DNA of 64,000 bases, from contig LSRY02000031.1 in assembly GCA_001643675.2 (NCBI GenBank), positions 682,001 to 746,000 of the forward strand. Reading direction: 5' to 3'. Below, piece after piece: positions 34,901 to 44,692 of the stretch. How positions within the stretch are numbered: the first letter of the stretch is position 1; every line of letters starts with the position of its first letter. Source of the DNA: Monocercomonoides exilis PA203. Its lineage: Eukaryota; Protista; Preaxostyla. Both the position numbers and the translations under genes were made by a program. The notes beneath the pieces are model-generated. The model was not told where the DNA came from and did not search any database. It saw only the letters and a list, made by a program, of their open reading frames with translations.

Positions 34901-35044
34901 GATGTGAAGCGGGAGCTGTTCATGAAGATGCCGATGGGGTCGATGTTTGTGACGGCATCAGACGCGTTGGACATTGGAGATGGATCGAGATGTGAAGAGG
35001 CAGACAGCGAAGACACAGATGGGAGCTTCAGTCGGATGGAATGA
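25970..35044 (+). CDS. Giant receptor-like protein A (3024 aa): signal peptide, five Cys-capped beta-helix-like modules, TM helix, cytoplasmic TKL-like pseudokinase C-lobe
   Basis: 9-kb ORF; GGA(L/I/V) repeats; module caps (Y/F)V...CG...PCx(T/S); TM WLLIVIIMAFVLLIILIVAVILAV-RWRR; LRWKAPEL...VVFSIGMMLWE...IPF...GERP. Possible in-frame 51-nt intron at 26064..26114. Confidence 0.9.
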   Translation: MRIVLFLFACLILEKTFESQDIRGTTTFQNKGIHSNCYFFNLFLYSGSGYSNDAQFQSKDDYNYLFEQKTLPKAKRLQSGISTVINAFFGFSNSSIELKNLAIERSSSQFLLITEKSRIILDSCILHQNYVSPFHLQSGSVCFTNLSLIIQKNLCPSSLIFSSDDSNSAILRESMLSDLIVSSSGYFLLSGKSRIEQINGCAFRNMSVKTFKNIDDRMEHSCFRSSMENNLIYSCVNVFEGGISSGSYSSHEFVCRNTTISNVKRERNVLKPEEQKNTTESQSFSLCEWEDCTAEQGGALYVHDNENATLTVENCSFLRCNASLTRGGGIYALKVAECTVLHSTFTECTAAGTTNYGGGGIQNEHVYVQSLVDDCSFSNCSSGEDGGAIDMRPTKTEKQKPCIINSIFINCRCNSSNSGTGGAIEHWDCLDQVIVSNCLFCNCNSMCGGGAISQLINSDNNGVLLFYCFFHNNTCVKGGNDVALHDSSENNIDSSCYTTRKTENRVTTSYYSVMDKSEWLRNEGGRVRYVSSTDTEPNSIDTYACGLNESYPCRTISHCLTQLIPDFVKEIEILTGAITEAKSVDCGAISFTIYGQDGLSTTVQTELEAPGLSLFSISSGSLTLRDCILVHDLTRSNNRGSRLFEISGAGKIHIRRLNISTGSGQSSETAFTTELINIQNGVLQMENVNWAKTISTNSLFSLSSTNEISLELSECTFDGIERTTSGAAVISFSSDKASIDLNSSIFAGCGSTTSANGGSAMLNVGEANEVKVKGGSFDGCFCSASYGLGGGILLQFLNENPDFLISSSFGSNTAKWGRDIFVLSPNLETVAQFRKISSVNASLDSFDKVRGYDNGNTSVAIPLCIYLLPNPTEIYVSNSEASNHSHCGIVQFPCLTLKHSLSRLSGTKKVVVNGMIQMSDELVFAEQKHEIRGNDEQSGWTVSDSSSSLNSAIISASVETALSILIFSLPSSLPLHSTFISSSSSLKLSQCSLSLQDPSFELELTFLSEESGILTIDTFLVSSVIFGGSPLISVSGGNTEAKLKRARLNEIETRCSSGLIEVKNKASLQMSDCVVSSVTPSERTTSSRLISSTSAKKIEIIRTDISNFAVKDKNGGAVECTLESGCSFVFEEGSMSSCKSEEGSGGGLWVQMKSGSSLSIGNVTESLSNNDFGNEEEKKACFSHCEATSSVDGRKGLGGGIYMCLDDGASDFVLKRVQFEGCSGRKGKDVFLEADDLSVVTNSETFCFDIDVNDFQKLNGFERSTTNEEFEIPLVVYLWNNFTTPCHVGGQETHDFSGCGHVQIPCNTITKAVGFRFSNKKKSIKLVSPFSFGEELKMETDEWSVIGEGNATNYGVAEGIAGAQRGLFETHIQTAFSEVVFSLEERIGTYECVFHCVSNKLTIRDCGIVGCENELSVSFVKVEGGEAVMNNLFGNAIRWQTSAIIAEGRSGGFSSVEIVESNFSGSGEQNGCLVESRNAKCLSLTKCKATSFVRSTGNGGSISVDNSNNENENTQINIEECDFDECSVLADGGRGGAVFVQMKKNTQVNINSCSFTGCVAPAGENKNGFGGGMVLKLIDGDPSFVISSPIFEEDKPNVARHGNDIFIESSNLTKSITNASLPFVSENMNDISLDSLRGFDGNDKENAIPLVYFWRGFDSTIFVGREGKDVCICGLSDYPCLSIDHSLDRLSKGNERMISIIEKAVLQKSVDLNGIWIKSEDTGECSLECLSSIEGAEEAVMKIRGITKFELINFVVPSSFSNEANVLMYIGSSEGLLTLKDCSFAKKEDDGEDAINFGLIKADGGKIVFDLVSVQFLCFSQDVVSVLSSACATIKNLTMKNVELEGASGLTISKNSSRESREKNEAEQDVVIEWSIFEEVNQNTTDDIPIIRNDGDEPLKMVMRNTTMKRCGGLKCGKGGAMFHALNEGGSFDCSFSTISECFCSTTGRGGWLFLECTSTAEQPLNFVLSNITFKDNFALRGRDVYVRCHSIEKQIVDEQFLLDFRAPFVKELAMWGCTTDSFEGEEDLLLRVKIFRSETIFVSAVIDNHEDSRECGVFEAPCRSLSEGMHHIIPSLFSQLLILRQTEIVGKCAAHDVIIRSLEAPSTALVFLNSTIVDDNDDGSLIAASENVRIERLKFNFGQSFSYSGNSIIHEANGQLSLSYVDFSFVGESENIEAIVLNSTLLSIEKGILHVDNCTITMLSFKKPSFLLGGDEININNVRLEKVEAISNVFETGNCGRIVLNGIDVDGVKLSEGCIISINSSTSGTLSVGSSSFNNCSRKSEGPSILSAFTTSTKIILSNCSCSNCNSQSDKGSAMEANNATNVLMNLCEFEGMVMKGSEDDNMNTIKDICLWNGSLVHSENASLMMKDVSISNSSSGGLSVSSSNVTVEKGEFLHNNPFIDKYPSLRRNIICSDSGALNVVSLKGGDGVKDNSSLWILNEGCNFEGIISERASPFFIPVLESVETKEEGEEVEIVFKGKELLPCDLSFMVVRQMGEEKQIEKHEFDESGYVSETEVEGRQPKEMITEAGEEVEVSVCILFGEGNNPSSTDSFILKNKSESKTNGEGKLTEGGKEGKSYWLLIVIIMAFVLLIILIVAVILAVRWRRQKRRTEELEEIVNDTVKKDPKAFEMVTMEMSPEEQWRRAEREAEKKNEERIKKRVYEKSLGHSESSEHLLSESGSTEYILGRDSDKIPDWALENVEEEEILKRSPSPSISSTSTTDSDSTFVRGEDLCPTTSSMSNLVDAMACSSPHEKLIVDLRDSLFMLLHGRNAKKEMAIGSLKEREQTAAQVLFWVANGALHSFDEMENPLQSLANLSPHIVLFSEHMVICIVMHSDLLSDDDSDSSSISSSTVVTSASDGDDDDDDDSLPSSAFEEDEDAFRKECLRWKAPELLMNKKMGARKESVVFSIGMMLWECVTLEIPFGEYEGVVAGQKIVKGERPKVEKMGGSSLRELEEKCVVQGWDERVTLGDVKRELFMKMPMGSMFVTASDALDIGDGSRCEEADSEDTDGSFSRME
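33170..34812 (+). repeat. About 1.64-kb conserved cassette; inverted repeat with 52245..53887
   Basis: From NNPFIDKYPSLRRNIICSDSG to VAGQKI..GERP the two genes are near-identical in protein and DNA; the flanks are divergent. Confidence 0.9.
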
Positions 35045-35619
35045 AACGCTGATTTTATTTATTTATTTATTTATTTTTTTCATTTGAGAAATGCATTTGA
35101 GAAGCCTGGGGAATTGAAAAGTGGAGATGGGAGAATGTTGGATGAGAAGAATTGAATGCTTGCTTGAAAGCAATTCCTTCCTTTGCTTGTGCCTCGTTGG
35201 GAAGAAAAGTGCATTGCCATATCAGATTCATGCTTTCGGGAGGGGATTGTCATTCGCTGCATTCTTCGTCCCGAGCCATGATGAGGCTTTCACTTTCTTC
35301 CTTTGGACAACTGGAGTTTTCCCAATCGGCACACACCTGGTGATTTCTGTTTCAAATTCAGCATCATTGGGATATTCTTTTTTCGTTCTCATTTGTCATT
35401 TTCAACAGTTTATTTTTCTTTCACACAGTGAGAATGCAGAATGGGAGGATGGCAGTCATCTCTGTTATCTGTTAGAAATTGAGTTTGATAAAAGGAAGAG
35501 TGAACAATGCATCATTCTCTTGTTTTTTGTTTGCGGAATTGTTTTGATAATCTTTTTTAACAATGATTATAAGTTGTTTTTATATTTTTATGTATGTTTG
35601 CTTGTATTTTTAAAATATA

Positions 35620-37664
35620 TAGGGTGATTTATAAGCCCGACCTTTTTTTTAATTTTGGTTTGAAATAAAAAAATTTTTTTTTCAAGCAATCATGTTTTTA
35701 TTTTGAAAATTGAAATGATCAATAATACACATAATCAACAAGTTCTCTTTTTACAATTTTTCTGGAATTTTTCTACTTTGATTCATCATCCAAAATATCA
35801 TCTTTCAAAATGTGGGATTTATTAAATCTTCTTTTTTGGGGCTTTTCAGCTGCGAAAAGAATTTTTTCTTCTTTTTCATCATTATTATCTTTTCTTTTCT
35901 TATCTTCTTTCATTTTCCTTTCTTTTTTCCATTCTTCAAGAAATTTTTGTTCAGTTATAATTTAACCAAAAAAATCAAACCTATGAGTTCTATTTTTCAG
36001 TGTAACTGAGAGTTCCTTTCGAAGTGTTGATAGTACTGAATGCCACTCATTTGAAAGCACGCCGCTTTTCTTGAACGAAGAAACAACAGTTGCAGGAAGG
36101 AATGCTGTCTGAAGAGCTTGTGGAAGAACGTTGGAGATGTCCTCACGTCGAAGAGAAATGGAAGAATCTGGAGGCACATAGTAAAGAGAGTTGATGCATT
36201 TTTTGAAGACTGCAAACACACCACGATCAAGAGGTTATGTGATGTGTGAACTGTGAGGAATAAAAGTGACGATGTTAATGTTGTTGTCAGCAAATTTCTG
36301 TCATACGTCAGGCTGAGCCCGAGAAGAGAGAGAATCCAAAAGAAGAAGGCATCTTTCATGGTTCTTCATTATAATGTCCCTTCTCTGATGATTTATTTCA
36401 GTAAAACCTGTTCTGCGTATCTTTGAAATATGCTTTCCGTCATCCATCCATCGTTGTTATCCCAAACATCGATGTGTGCACTCAGCAAAACTCGCATTTC
36501 CTTTGGTAATTTGTGGCATGGCCACAATACAACGCTTTTGAGAGAATATCTATCTGCAGCAGCTGCGACAACCAAAGTGGCATTTAGCATGTTTGTGGGT
36601 GTTGTATGAAATCCAGCTGGAACTCCTGTGGGGTGAATCACAAGAGTTTTGAAGGAATGCGATAAGCGGAGTGAAGATTCATCGGTGTTAAAGATTAAAG
36701 AAGGTGAATTATAATGTGAATCATGAAGATTTTACAGAAGCTCGCAGAAAGGAAGAAGAGCATGTTGGTTGGATACAGAAAGACGTTGGATATCCACATT
36801 TCTTGGCATTGAGGTTTTAAGCTCAGAATTCCTTTTTGCAAATAGATATGGATATGATTTGGACACACTGGTGTTTTCATCAACATCAGTTTCTGATCGT
36901 CTTTTTTTGTAGGAAAAGACGGATTCCATCTGAAAATTATTTATTATTAAAAACTGAAGAGATATAAAGATGAATATAAATTAATTCTCTTGTTCTCTTG
37001 GCATTAAAACTTGTTCCGGATAAACTTTCGATTTTAATAACTCCAACAATAATGTTTTTGTCCTCTTCATTGAATAGTTCTGGCCTGCCAGGTTTTGAAA
37101 CAGCTCTGCCGCTTTCAATTGCTGAAACTGCTCTAATTACTGCTGAACGAGAGAACTCTTTGGTATTTATTGCATCAACGATTCTGACATGTCCATCAAC
37201 GACAATACGTGCCATGCGTTCTAATTGATTTTCAATTCTTCGATATTCAAATGACATCATTTTTTCTCGAAGAATTAACTGTCCACGTTCTTTTTTATTT
37301 TTAACAACACTCATAACAAAAAAATTCTGGTGATGATCTAATTCTTATTTTAAAAAAATTTTTTTTTGGAATGAAAAAAAATAAAAAAAATATTTTCGAT
37401 TAAATTCCAACTTAGTCAGCCCCGTTGCTATGACTTAATCTCCTCAGGGGAGGCACAAATCAGAGATGGAGGAGCTAGCCTTCCCATCGTCTCCCCCATC
37501 AGAGATTAGGTATTGTAATTTGATGTTAATTTCTGACTTCTGACTTTTCCATATATACTCAAAACAATTTTTAAAAAATATTAAACATGAGAAAAATCAA
37601 CATATTGTTAAAAAAAAAAAAAGACCGGGTTTTAAAAAATAGTTAAGGTTAAAAAATCACCCTA
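35620..37664 (-). mobile_element. Decayed pogo-type DD35D DNA transposon, copy 2, with degenerate terminal inverted repeats
   Basis: Ends TAGGGTGATTT at 35620 (preceded by TA) and AAATCACCCTA at 37664. Internal transposase fragments: ...LERMARIVVDG...KPGRP, NTDES, LLLLDS, PHSSHIT*PLDRGVFAVFK, with stops and frameshifts; homologous to 8577..10113. Confidence 0.82.
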
Positions 37665-39229
37665 TGTTTTTTAATCTCTTTATTATTCCCAATTTTTCAA
37701 CAATAAAAATTTATGTTCATCTCAGTTGATTTTTTTTTCTTGCAAAATTTGAAAATTCAAATAATAAAAAAGTCTTCTGTATATGTTTTATAGATTCGTT
37801 ATTAATCTATCTATCATTTTGAACACATTTCAAATATCGTTTCACTTGAAAATCAAATCGTCTTTCTTAATGATGAGTCTCCGAGTTTTTCTGGTTCAAC
37901 TTCAACTTTTAAGAATTGTTTTTGTTTTCCTCAAACTTCATCTTTGTGTCAAAAATATCATAAAGTGATTTCTTCAAATTTCCAATAAACCAAAATTTCT
38001 CCTATTCTTCTTTCAAAAGTGCTTAAACTGTATTGCTAAAAAATTCGTTCACTTCTGGAGCAAACAAATCTTATTCAATGATGCTTAATTTCTTTGAAAT
38101 TGTAGAAATTGTCGAGAAATAACTTTTTTGGTTTTTAATTAATAGCAGTTTTTTCATTTAACAAATAACAAAATCTTTTCAATAAATATTATTATTGCAT
38201 TATTGCAATAAAAATTATTTTATTCTTCGATTTTTTTAATAAAAAAAGAATTTTTTAATAAATTTTTCATAAAAGTTATGTTTTAACATAATCGAATGAC
38301 ATTTTTCCTTTCAATAAAAACTTCCCATTTGTAAGTCGAAAAACTTGTTCAAGACATCAACTTCTCAATCTAATCTTTTATTCAAAATAAAAAGGAACAT
38401 AATTGAAAAATTAATAAAAAGTTATCGTTTGTGAAAAAAAAAAAAGATATTTTGAAAATCCTTGCAAAGATATTAAAAGAGAGAGTTTGTTTGTCACAAA
38501 AAAAATATTAGAAAGAATTTTTGCATATGATTTATTCATTAATGTGGAAAACAGAATATTTTCTGTTACTGAAGACAATAATTTTTTTCGTTATTGTGTG
38601 CACAAATAATTAATGACTATTAAATATGGAACAAAATTTTTGCTTTAAAGAAAAAAACAACGATATGTTCCAAACTTTTTCCACTTTCATATCATAACAA
38701 AGTCAAACATTCTCATTCAAAAATGTTTTGAAAAATATAAAAAAATGAGAAAATTGTTCGAAAACTCTGAATGAAACAAAATTCATGAAGCAAAAAATTT
38801 CGTCCCATATAACCATTTTTAAAAGATACAAGATATGTATTGTTCTGTTTGAAACCATAACTTTTTTCGCGGTGTTTATTATTATGAAAATACATCGTCA
38901 TTTGTTATTAAATTTTCATTCAAATTTCAAATGTTAATCTTTCGTTTCAAAAGCTTTTGTTTAACTAGAAAAAAAACAGGAGAGGAGTCATGAATAGATC
39001 TTTTTCTTTTCATTGAACATTCAAAAAATATTCATAACAAATGTCAAAACCAAAATTTTTGACAGGAAAAATTTGATTTCAAAAATGATCGCCCATATCT
39101 TTTATTTTTCCATCGAATTTTTGTTTTGAATAATGAAAATATCGATTGAACAAAAAATTAAAAAAAACTTAGCAAGATAGATTACTTAATAACTGTTAGA
39201 GAAATAATGCTGATAAAAATTTTTAAAAA

Positions 39230-39430
39230 TACGTCTTATCCATTCTAACTCTTTTGGTCACAAGACTTTTATTTTCATATCGACTGAATGCAATGAATAT
39301 TATTTTGGAAATATCGGAGAAACTCAAAATCCTATTTGTCCGATATTTCAAAAATTAAATTTTTTTTATTTTCAATCTTCATGATAATGAAAGTCTCGTC
39401 TAACAACTGAGTTAGGATTGTAAAGATATG
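39230..39430. mobile_element. Degenerate copy of the family 2 foldback element (central part)
   Basis: The 39301-39356 hairpin (GGAAATATCGGAGAAACTCAAAATCCTATTTGTCCGATATTTC) matches the reverse complement of the centre of 49976..50372; GAAAGTCTCGTCTAACAACTGAGTT matches its arm. Confidence 0.6.
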
Positions 39431-39822
39431 TGCATTTATTTTAGAATTAATATTGTTTCATGCAAGAATTTCGGTGCAAAAATATTTCTTGAATATCAAC
39501 AACAATAATAATAAACTGAAAAGGGTTATTGAATGCATTTTTGTCTTTGATTCGGAAAAACCATTTGTTTTTGAAAACAATTATCATGATTTTTTTTTTT
39601 CTGAATTACTAATTTTTTTCAAAAAATCAACAGACTTATAAAAATCTTCACCTCGAAAAAAGAAATGATTGAAAAAATAATCACTCAGATATTTAATGAA
39701 AATTTGTCAGAATATTTCCTCTTGCAGTTAAAGAAAAATAGATCTTGCCTAGAATGTTGCGCTCGTTTTTTTATTGCATTTCGAATTATGTTAAAAACAA
39801 AGCTTTCAAATACTCTTTTCAA

Positions 39823-39843
39823 CCCCCCCCCCCCCCCCCCCCT
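39823..39843. repeat. Poly(C) tract, 21 nt
   Basis: Uninterrupted C run in very AT-rich intergenic DNA. Confidence 0.9.
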
Positions 39844-40462
39844 ATAATTTTAACATGAAAATAGAAGATTTATAATGTTATGATAGAAGAAAAAGTTTTG
39901 AACGAATCGTCGATTACTATCATCAATGCAATAATTTTGATCCAATTTTGATCAAAGTCCCATAAAAAAGTATACAGAAAAAATCAATTGAGCAAGTTGA
40001 ATTGCGAGCGTTAATAGTCTTGTTCAACATTCATTTATAAAGGCAAATGACCAACATACAAAAAGAAGGAAAGAACTGGAGGAAATGTGTTAGAGTCTGA
40101 AATTCTAAAAAGGAAACAATAAAAACTATCTTTATTTATGCTATTTTTTGTTTCAATTTTTGTGTGCCATCCTTTATAAATGAAGAAGAAATAACAGCCA
40201 AAATGATAGCACCACAGAAAATTATAGTCTTTGCAATTGGAACCGGAAAAGCTAATAAAGACAAAAGATGTGGCAAGACAATAGACAAAATTGCGCTGAT
40301 AAGATATACCTAGATTTATTTCAGAAAGAAAATTTGCAGTTAAAAGTGAAAAAAAAAAAGATAGAAATATCATTTCAAAAAAGAAATATGTTTTCGAGGA
40401 AAAAACAAAAGATGAAATCATTTTATGTTAAATACAATCAAACTGCAATTAGAAAAACAAAA

Positions 40463-40499
<37 letters not shown>

Positions 40500-40594
40500 A
40501 TTCAATTTCTTCTTATTTTAACTCATTTTCCTTTTTCAGTTCAATGCAAAAATCTCACTCATCCACTCTCTCTCTCTCTCTCTCCGCAAATTCC

Positions 40595-42169
40595 TTAAAA
40601 GACAAAACAAACCGATGCAAACAGCCAAACGGAGCCTGACTGTATCAAAGAAGTGAATTGGCTGTTGAAGACAGAAACTGGAGCTATGTACGACAGAAGA
40701 GCTCGACACACAGATAACACAAAAATGGCTAAAAATACAACACTCAAGCTGCTCAGTATAAAGCCAATGCTAACCTGTAATAAAAATATGTTTTGATAAT
40801 TCGTATTAATTCAATGGTTGAAAGAAAAGGAAAGGGGAAAAAAAGAAAGAAAGAAAAACTTTAATTTTGCAAAGAAAATCCAAAAAAATACAAACTGTGC
40901 TCCAATTTGATTCCACAAGCTCCTTTCCCAAATTAATTCCCCATTTGGCCAAAAATGTCGAAATGAAATATCCGGCACATCCACAAATAATACCCATAAT
41001 CAAAAAGAAAAACGCTCCTACGAACTCTTTCAAAAGCGCACCAGCTTTGCCTCCTTTCCCTCCCATTGCTCCGTTTATCTCCGACTTCCACCGGCTTATG
41101 CTTCCAAAGCAGATCACCAGAAAGCAGTTCCCCACCGCAGCATAAAGAGCACTCGGGACTGATGGCAGAGGCCCAGGCAGCTTGCGGAATATCGCTGAAA
41201 TGTGCTGAGTGAACTCCTTGTAAAACATAATATCTTTGCCCAATAAGCTGCCGTTTGCGATGACTGGTCGCATAATGGTAAGTATAAACGAGGTAATTAC
41301 AGGAAACAATGACCCCATTTTTTGTGTAGCCATGAGGATGGGACAAATTAAGCGAATTATTAACAGCGAAAAATAAATATTTCCAGATGGATTTTCATCT
41401 TCGTCAGGAGTGTTGATTGACTAGATAAGAATTCGTTAAAAAAATTGAAAGAAAATAAATTTTAATAAATGTGCACACTAAATATTTTGAAAGCAAATTT
41501 CTTAAAATTCCAAGTAGCAAAATTGTTCCATAATGATTAACAATGGTTCTCACATCAAATTTTGTTTCAGTTGAAGCAGTCAGAGCCGCCGGAACGGAAT
41601 CTAATGATGTAATAGCCAAAAATAATGCAATTGAGAAGTGTTCCTAAAACGAACAAAAAAAGAATAAGTTTAAAATTATTGAAAAATAATAATTAACATG
41701 AAACCAAAGTAATTCCAAAGATTTTTGTTTTCAAAAAAGGCAGTGATTCTTTACAGCTAGCAGAAAGAATTGACAGAAGGGAGAGAAGAACTGTTATAAC
41801 TCGTAGATCTCTAACTGAATCCTGAAATGAATCATTTATTCTTCTTATGATTGATGGGCCTGAAACATTTATTCGATTTTTTATTAAATGACTGAAAAAG
41901 CTCATTTTTCATAAAAAATTTGATTCACACTTGATAATAATAGCTATAGTTATTAGATAATTTATTGATAAAAATAATTGCGCATAATATGCAGTTGGCG
42001 TCAAAAATTGGATTGAAAATGGAACAACAAGCAATAACAATTCAAAAAGATTTTGCAAAGAATGATTGTTAATTTGAATAAGTGAAGCAATATTTTGTGA
42101 ATTAAAAATGGATGCATATGCGACAGTTCCTTGTCGCAAAATATCAATGAAAGCTTTGGAAATTTGCAT
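40595..42169 (-). CDS. Unknown polytopic membrane protein (5 exons)
   Basis: Four GT-AG introns join the ORF pieces in frame: MQISKAF...IIIK|CPSIIRR...FGITL|EHFSIALF...SKYL|SINTPDED...MATQKMG...SNWST|VSIGFILSS...VCFVF*. Many hydrophobic helices; no family recognised. Confidence 0.7.
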
Positions 42170-42375
42170 TTAATTTTTATTATGGTCAAAAATTTCATGT
42201 GGTCAGATTAGATCTTGATTCGTTTCAACTCAATATCAGCAAAATTGACTTCATTGATTTTCCGGTGTTGACCAAATGTCAAATGACTGAAAAACACAGT
42301 TTTGACACGTTGAGAACGAAATCCACCCATATTTAAAGTTTTTGATACATATAAACTTTATTTTCGATTATTGAG

Positions 42376-44692
42376 ATGATTCCTGCTTTACCGAAATGTA
42401 TGCTTTTTATCTTTTGCAATAGAAATTGTCAGATCATTGTTAAATGTTTTGTTTCCCTTTTATTATTCGTTTACTTCAGGCATGCTTCCTTTGACATGGG
42501 ATTCTCCATCTCTGGGATTAGCAAAGGAATTTATTGAATACGCTGTTTCTGTGTGCAAACCAGATGAAGTCATGGTGTTTGATGGTAGAAGAGAATCATG
42601 GATTCAATCATGTGAAGATTTGGTGAAATCAGGATCATTTTTAAAATTAAATCCTTATATTTGGCCAAATTGCTATCTTTCTCGCTCAAATCCAGTTGAT
42701 GTTGCTCGGAGCGAGGATAGAACGTTTATGTGCTTGAAGGATGGTGAAACATTATACAGAAAGCCACATAATCAAATCCCTCCACAACTTGGATTCAAAT
42801 GGGGATGCAGAGCCGGAGAGTATGATCCAGAAAAAAAGAGAGAGCTTTCAACTGAAGAAATGAGGCAATGCTTGCTGAAACGATTTGAAGGGTGCATGGT
42901 CGGAAGGACTATGTACGTTATTCCATTTTCGATGGGTCCAGTTTCATCAGAGTTTGCAAAATTAGGAATTCAAATTACTGACTCTCTCTATGTTGTGGCG
43001 AACATGTACACAATGACTCATACTGGAATGGGAATTATTTCCAAAATTGCTGAAGGATCACCTTTTGTTCCTTGCTGGCATTCAACCGGATTTCCATTAG
43101 AAGCTGGAGAAAAGGATGTTTGCTGGCCATGCAGATTATTGCCATCAGATCGATATATTGCACACTTTACACAACCAGATCCAGCACATCCAAGATTGGG
43201 TGAATACTCGATTATGTCATATGGTTCTGGATATGGAGGAAACGCTATTCTGGGCAAGAAATGCTATGCATTGCGTATTGCATCGAACATGGCAAGGAGA
43301 GACAAAGTTAAGTGGATGGCCGAACACATGCTGATTCTGCATGTGACATACACTCCATGCATTGGAATCGACGAAGTGACGAAAAAGAAGAAATACGGCC
43401 CAGCTGAATATTTCACAGTTACAGGAGCATTCCCATCTGCATGCGGAAAGACGAATCTTGCTATGCTGCAGGTGCCTAAGGAATTCAGCGATGAATGGAA
43501 GGTCAGCTGCGTGGGTGACGATATTGCCTGGATTCGCTTTGACTCAAAGGGAAGAATGTGTGCCATTAACCCCGAATCCGGCTTCTTTGGCGTTGCGCCA
43601 GGAACAAGCGACTATACCAACAGAAATGCGATGGAGACATTGCGTGGAGGAAACACAATCTTCACGAATGTGGGAGTGACAGTGGAAGGAGACGTGTGGT
43701 GGGACGGGCTGACTGAGGATCCGCCAAAGGGGCTTGTTGACTGGAGAGGGCACAGAATGCAGGATGATGCATGGAGAGACGAAGACAAAGAGAAAGAAAA
43801 AATGAAGAAGAAGCAGTTCATCAAGTCTGCTGCACACCCGAACTCTCGTTACACCACCCCCTGCGCCCAGTGCCCGATCATCGATCCCGAGTGGAACACC
43901 GGAAAAGGCTTCCCGATTGATGTGATGCTGTTTGGCGGGCGCCGAAGCCAGCTGATGCCACTCGCTGTGCGCACACGCGACTGGAACCAGGGTGTGCTTG
44001 CTGCGGCCACACTGCGCTCAGAAGGCACAGCTGCTGTGCAGGACAGAGTGGTTGGGACATTGTCATTTGACCCAATGGCAATGCGTCCATTTATTGGGTA
44101 CAATGTGGGCGACTACTTCAACCACTGGATTGAGATGGGCAAGATGGCTAGCGACCAGTACAGACCCGACATTTACGTTGTGAACTGGTTCAGAAAGGAT
44201 GCTGAGGGAAGATTTTTGTGGGAAGGCTTTTCGGAGAACTTCCGTATTGTGCGCTGGGCGTGCCTGCAGGCGAAGGAGAGGAGAGAAGGGAAAGAATGTG
44301 CTTCATCCTCTTCATGCACTCCAAGCAGTTCTTCTTCGTGTGCTGCCTCGAAATGCTGCGGAGCCGAGACGCCGTTGGGCTATGCGCCATCACCATGTGC
44401 ATTGGGATTGGATCTGAAGTCAGAGGAATCGAAGCATGTTCTGAAGGACCCATCGATTCTGTCTGTGTGTGAGTGCAAATGCGAAGACGGGAAATGTGTT
44501 GTGGGCAAATTGCTGGATGATGGGTGGTTCAATGAGCTGAAGGAGAGGAAGGCGTTTTTGGAGCTTCTTGAGGAAGATCTGGGAAAAGAGCTGAAGAAAG
44601 AGTTCAATGAGCTGGTTGACAGATTCGCAAGTGCGGGAATGAAAGCTCCAGCAGAAATGAAGATTGAAGACCTGCATTTTCAATTAGAGTAG
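42376..44692 (+). CDS. PCK: Phosphoenolpyruvate carboxykinase, GTP-dependent type (one intron, 42398..42479)
   Basis: GSGYGGNAILGKKCYALRIAS, WMAEHMLIL, FPSACGKTNLAML, VGDDIAW, AINPESGFFGVAPGT, HPNSR, FGGRR, DPMAMRPFIGYN, VNWFRKD. Spliced start MIPALPKCMLPL. Confidence 0.96.

Noticed and set aside
33166-35016. Long antisense ORFs (352 aa, 199 aa, and 263/316 aa at 51850-54162) opposite the receptors
   Set aside because: Shadow frames of Glu/Ser-rich coding sequence; their mutual similarity simply reflects the shared cassette.
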